Origin: Candidatus Methanophagaceae archaeon
GTDB lineage: Archaea > Halobacteriota > Syntropharchaeia > Alkanophagales > Methanospirareceae
Length of the DNA stretch: 36,224 nucleotides
Assembly (NCBI GenBank): GCA_013374505.1
Contig: QENJ01000001.1
Coordinates: 1-36,224, forward strand
Reading direction: 5' to 3'
The notes under the pieces: model-generated
Told to the model about the DNA's origin: nothing
What the model saw: the letters and a program-made list of their open reading frames with translations, nothing else
The model's database searches: none
Part shown: piece after piece, positions 34,091 through 36,224 of the stretch
How the letters are laid out: the number at the start of each line of letters is the position of its first letter
Position numbering within the stretch: the first letter of the stretch is position 1
Made by a program: the position numbers and the translations under genes

Positions 34091-36224
34091 ATGGCGACGA
34101 AGATAGAGAAGGTGTTGAGTTGTATTTGCGTAGTCATGATTTTGGTGAGTGTGGTGCCTGTTTCGGTATTTGCGGTGAATAGTGGCACAACAAACGTAAG
34201 TGGTAAATATAATTCTTTTCAGGATTCTAATGAAAAAGTCTCTTCAATGCAAGAAGGGCAAGAGGTCAAGTTCATTGGAACAGCAATTGAATATCATGAA
34301 GGATCCGTCATGCCGGGTGATTTGCCACGGTGGAAAGTAAGCGTGGATGAAATTATCAGTGGGCCTTCTGAACTAAAAGGACACACTGTTTTTGTCGCCA
34401 TCGGTACTGCTACTATAGAACCGGGATATATGGACCCAAACATCAAATCAGGGGATATAGTGAAAGTTTATGGTATATATCGAGAGGTAGATAATGTGTG
34501 GCTAGAAGGTTCTAATTATTATCTCAAGAAAGTATCTTCAGAATGTCTTTCTATAACTGTCTGGACAGACAAGCCCGAATACAAAATCGGCGAGACCGTT
34601 ACGATATACTACCAAACTAATACGGCATGCACGGCAAAACTAACAGTAACAAAACCGGATGGTACGCAAGTTGTGGTTGGGGGACCAAATGATATACCGG
34701 TTTGCACACGATCCAAATCAGCAGCCGCGGGTTATCCAACCGGGACTAGAACTGTTACATTCGAGGCGTGGACAAGTGATGAATCTAAAAAAGCAACTTG
34801 TTATTTTGATGTTGTTGAAGATGAAGAAGAAACGAAACCCGTTCCTAAAATTACTAAGGTCGACATAGACCCATCAACATGCGTCAATGAAGATGAATAT
34901 GCAACAATATCTGTAACCGTGGCGAATAATGGTGGAGCATCAAGCGAAGGCTATATTTCTGTGTCGTTCCCGAATGATGAATACGTATATGTTGTAAGCG
35001 GAACAGGAAACGAGGATAATAAGGTATATCAAAAGGATGATGACCTCATATGGAATAGTGCGGGCGTGCAGATGAAGGCAGTGGACCCTCTTGTTGAACT
35101 TTATGATTCCGATTGGGACGGCGGGCAGCAAGAATTTATCACAATGAACGTCAAACCCAATAGTGGTTCTGACGAGATAGTATTCTATGTGCGAGCGGCA
35201 TTGAAGAACGATGCAGATGGCGATTACGAACGCGATCCGACTTATTCGGGTAATACGGACCAGCAGGGCTGGTATGCTAAGAAATATTCGGTTGATGTAT
35301 GTGACTATGAAAAGGTAAAAATCAGAGGTGAAATCATTGCTGATCAGCCATTTATTTCTTACTATAATTATGATGTCAAAATTGATGAAGTTCTTGAAGA
35401 TCCAACAGGCAACTTACAGGAAGGAGAAACGGTAAATGTTTATGGGCATCTCGATGGCCCTGCTCAGGTTGATGATGTTACTGTAGGGGATGAAGTAGAA
35501 GTTTATGGTGAGTATCGTGGATATGGTGGTGAATATAAACAGATATTCTTGAGCGAGTGGGGTGATAGTAGTTCTGATCATTATGTGAAGAAAATAGAAC
35601 CTTCTTTCGAATTGATTTCTCCAGATCTCACTTCTGAATTGGAACTGTATAAAACTCATAATATACATATTAGAGTTAAAAGTAGTACTACGAAAGGTGG
35701 TACAATAGTTGCTAGCCTAATGTTCACATCTAAATTTGAAAAATCTCAACGAGAGGTAATTATAAATTTAAAAGACGATGATTTTGATGGTATTTATGAA
35801 TATGACTACAGTCTCGAACCTTTTGAACAGATGGCAATGGACTCCGTTAAAAACTCAGTTAAAACAAAAGATGCAGAAGCCTTATATAATAGTATTTGTG
35901 ATTATTTTTCCTCTACAATTGGAACATATAATCTAACACTAAAATATTATGATGAAAGTTCTGAAAAAGCTGAATATTTGGATACACAATCTCTCTCAAT
36001 ATGTTCTCCTTATCTCCGTGGTTATAATTGGAAGTGGGAAATCGAGAAAGTTATTAACGATGATACGTTCCAGCCCCCATCTGAGCGAATGTGGGGCGGT
36101 CACTGGACAACATTAGAGGACGTACAAGAAAGTATGACTGAAACTGTCTTATATCTTTCAGAGGATAATGAAGGTACTGCTTATCTTGATCTATCATTGA
36201 AAGGGGATCCCACGGGAGTTATAG
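34091..36224 (+). CDS. large secreted/cell-surface protein, 3' end beyond the window (at least 711 aa)
   Basis: Not in the ORF track because it has no stop in the window. I translated the whole frame by hand without meeting a stop. GGAGAAGGGG lies upstream. Signal-peptide-like N-terminus MATKIEKVLSCICVVMILVSVVPVSVFAVNS. Beta-rich Ig/CARDB-like segments (ATISVTVANNGGASSEGYISVSF) and two homologous OB-like modules. Confidence 0.7.
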   Translation, partial: MATKIEKVLSCICVVMILVSVVPVSVFAVNSGTTNVSGKYNSFQDSNEKVSSMQEGQEVKFIGTAIEYHEGSVMPGDLPRWKVSVDEIISGPSELKGHTVFVAIGTATIEPGYMDPNIKSGDIVKVYGIYREVDNVWLEGSNYYLKKVSSECLSITVWTDKPEYKIGETVTIYYQTNTACTAKLTVTKPDGTQVVVGGPNDIPVCTRSKSAAAGYPTGTRTVTFEAWTSDESKKATCYFDVVEDEEETKPVPKITKVDIDPSTCVNEDEYATISVTVANNGGASSEGYISVSFPNDEYVYVVSGTGNEDNKVYQKDDDLIWNSAGVQMKAVDPLVELYDSDWDGGQQEFITMNVKPNSGSDEIVFYVRAALKNDADGDYERDPTYSGNTDQQGWYAKKYSVDVCDYEKVKIRGEIIADQPFISYYNYDVKIDEVLEDPTGNLQEGETVNVYGHLDGPAQVDDVTVGDEVEVYGEYRGYGGEYKQIFLSEWGDSSSDHYVKKIEPSFELISPDLTSELELYKTHNIHIRVKSSTTKGGTIVASLMFTSKFEKSQREVIINLKDDDFDGIYEYDYSLEPFEQMAMDSVKNSVKTKDAEALYNSICDYFSSTIGTYNLTLKYYDESSEKAEYLDTQSLSICSPYLRGYNWKWEIEKVINDDTFQPPSERMWGGHWTTLEDVQESMTETVLYLSEDNEGTAYLDLSLKGDPTGVI

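Noticed and set aside
34659-35668. Track ORFs 34659-34868 (+), 34940-35131 (-) and 35414-35668 (-)
   Set aside because: All lie inside the long open frame starting at 34091 and look like shadow ORFs.
1-36224. Search by eye for tRNA, rRNA, RNase P/SRP-like RNAs, reverse transcriptase/DGR components and cas genes
   Set aside because: No T-loop (GGTTCGAATC-type) contexts with acceptor-stem pairing, no rRNA-like conserved blocks, no RT or Cas motifs were seen. A covariance-model scan (tRNAscan-SE/Infernal) would be needed to exclude small ncRNAs in the 590-bp leader at 33500-34090.

Overview
Archaeal chromosomal window. The archaeal assignment rests on aIF-2alpha, eL42/L44e, eS27, a GINS subunit and a PolX-PHP polymerase; no finer taxonomy can be read from the sequence. 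Housekeeping genes are a UbiD-family decarboxylase, moeA, aroA, a CinA-N/MoCF-binding protein, a PhoU/TrkA-C regulator, polX, an AGCS symporter, purB, hisG and rlmE. These are interrupted by visibly AT-richer accessory patches. (1) 3.1-5.2 kb: a type II R-M pair wedged between the GINS/r-protein operon and moeA. (2) 8.2-11.8 kb: nested transposase debris followed by a compact cassette of four small orphan genes. (3) 14.5-17.2 kb: an apparently perfect 1365-bp head-to-tail duplication with a GATATA microhomology junction. It creates an in-frame chimera of the symporter leader and the PolX palm+PHP region. (4) 20.2-23.3 kb: a single-chain type IIG/IIL restriction-methylase. After purB, at 24.8-27.9 kb, lies a tightly packed NYN nuclease / effector-less STAND P-loop NTPase / TPR-array operon. 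Its TPR units are six near-identical 120-bp repeats. A 117-bp relic of a second type IIG gene abuts this operon. (5) 30.2-33.5 kb: a graveyard of five or six VapBC/UPF0175-type TA modules, of which only one pair looks intact. (6) 34.1 kb to the window end: a large signal-peptide protein that is absent from the ORF track because it has no stop in the window. Two or three small inverted-repeat-bounded relics carrying decayed GxxExxY (PD-(D/E)xK) genes are also present. My best candidate for an undescribed system is the NYN + STAND-TPR operon, an NLR/Avs-like module with its nuclease encoded in trans. No rRNA, tRNA or CRISPR array was found by eye.
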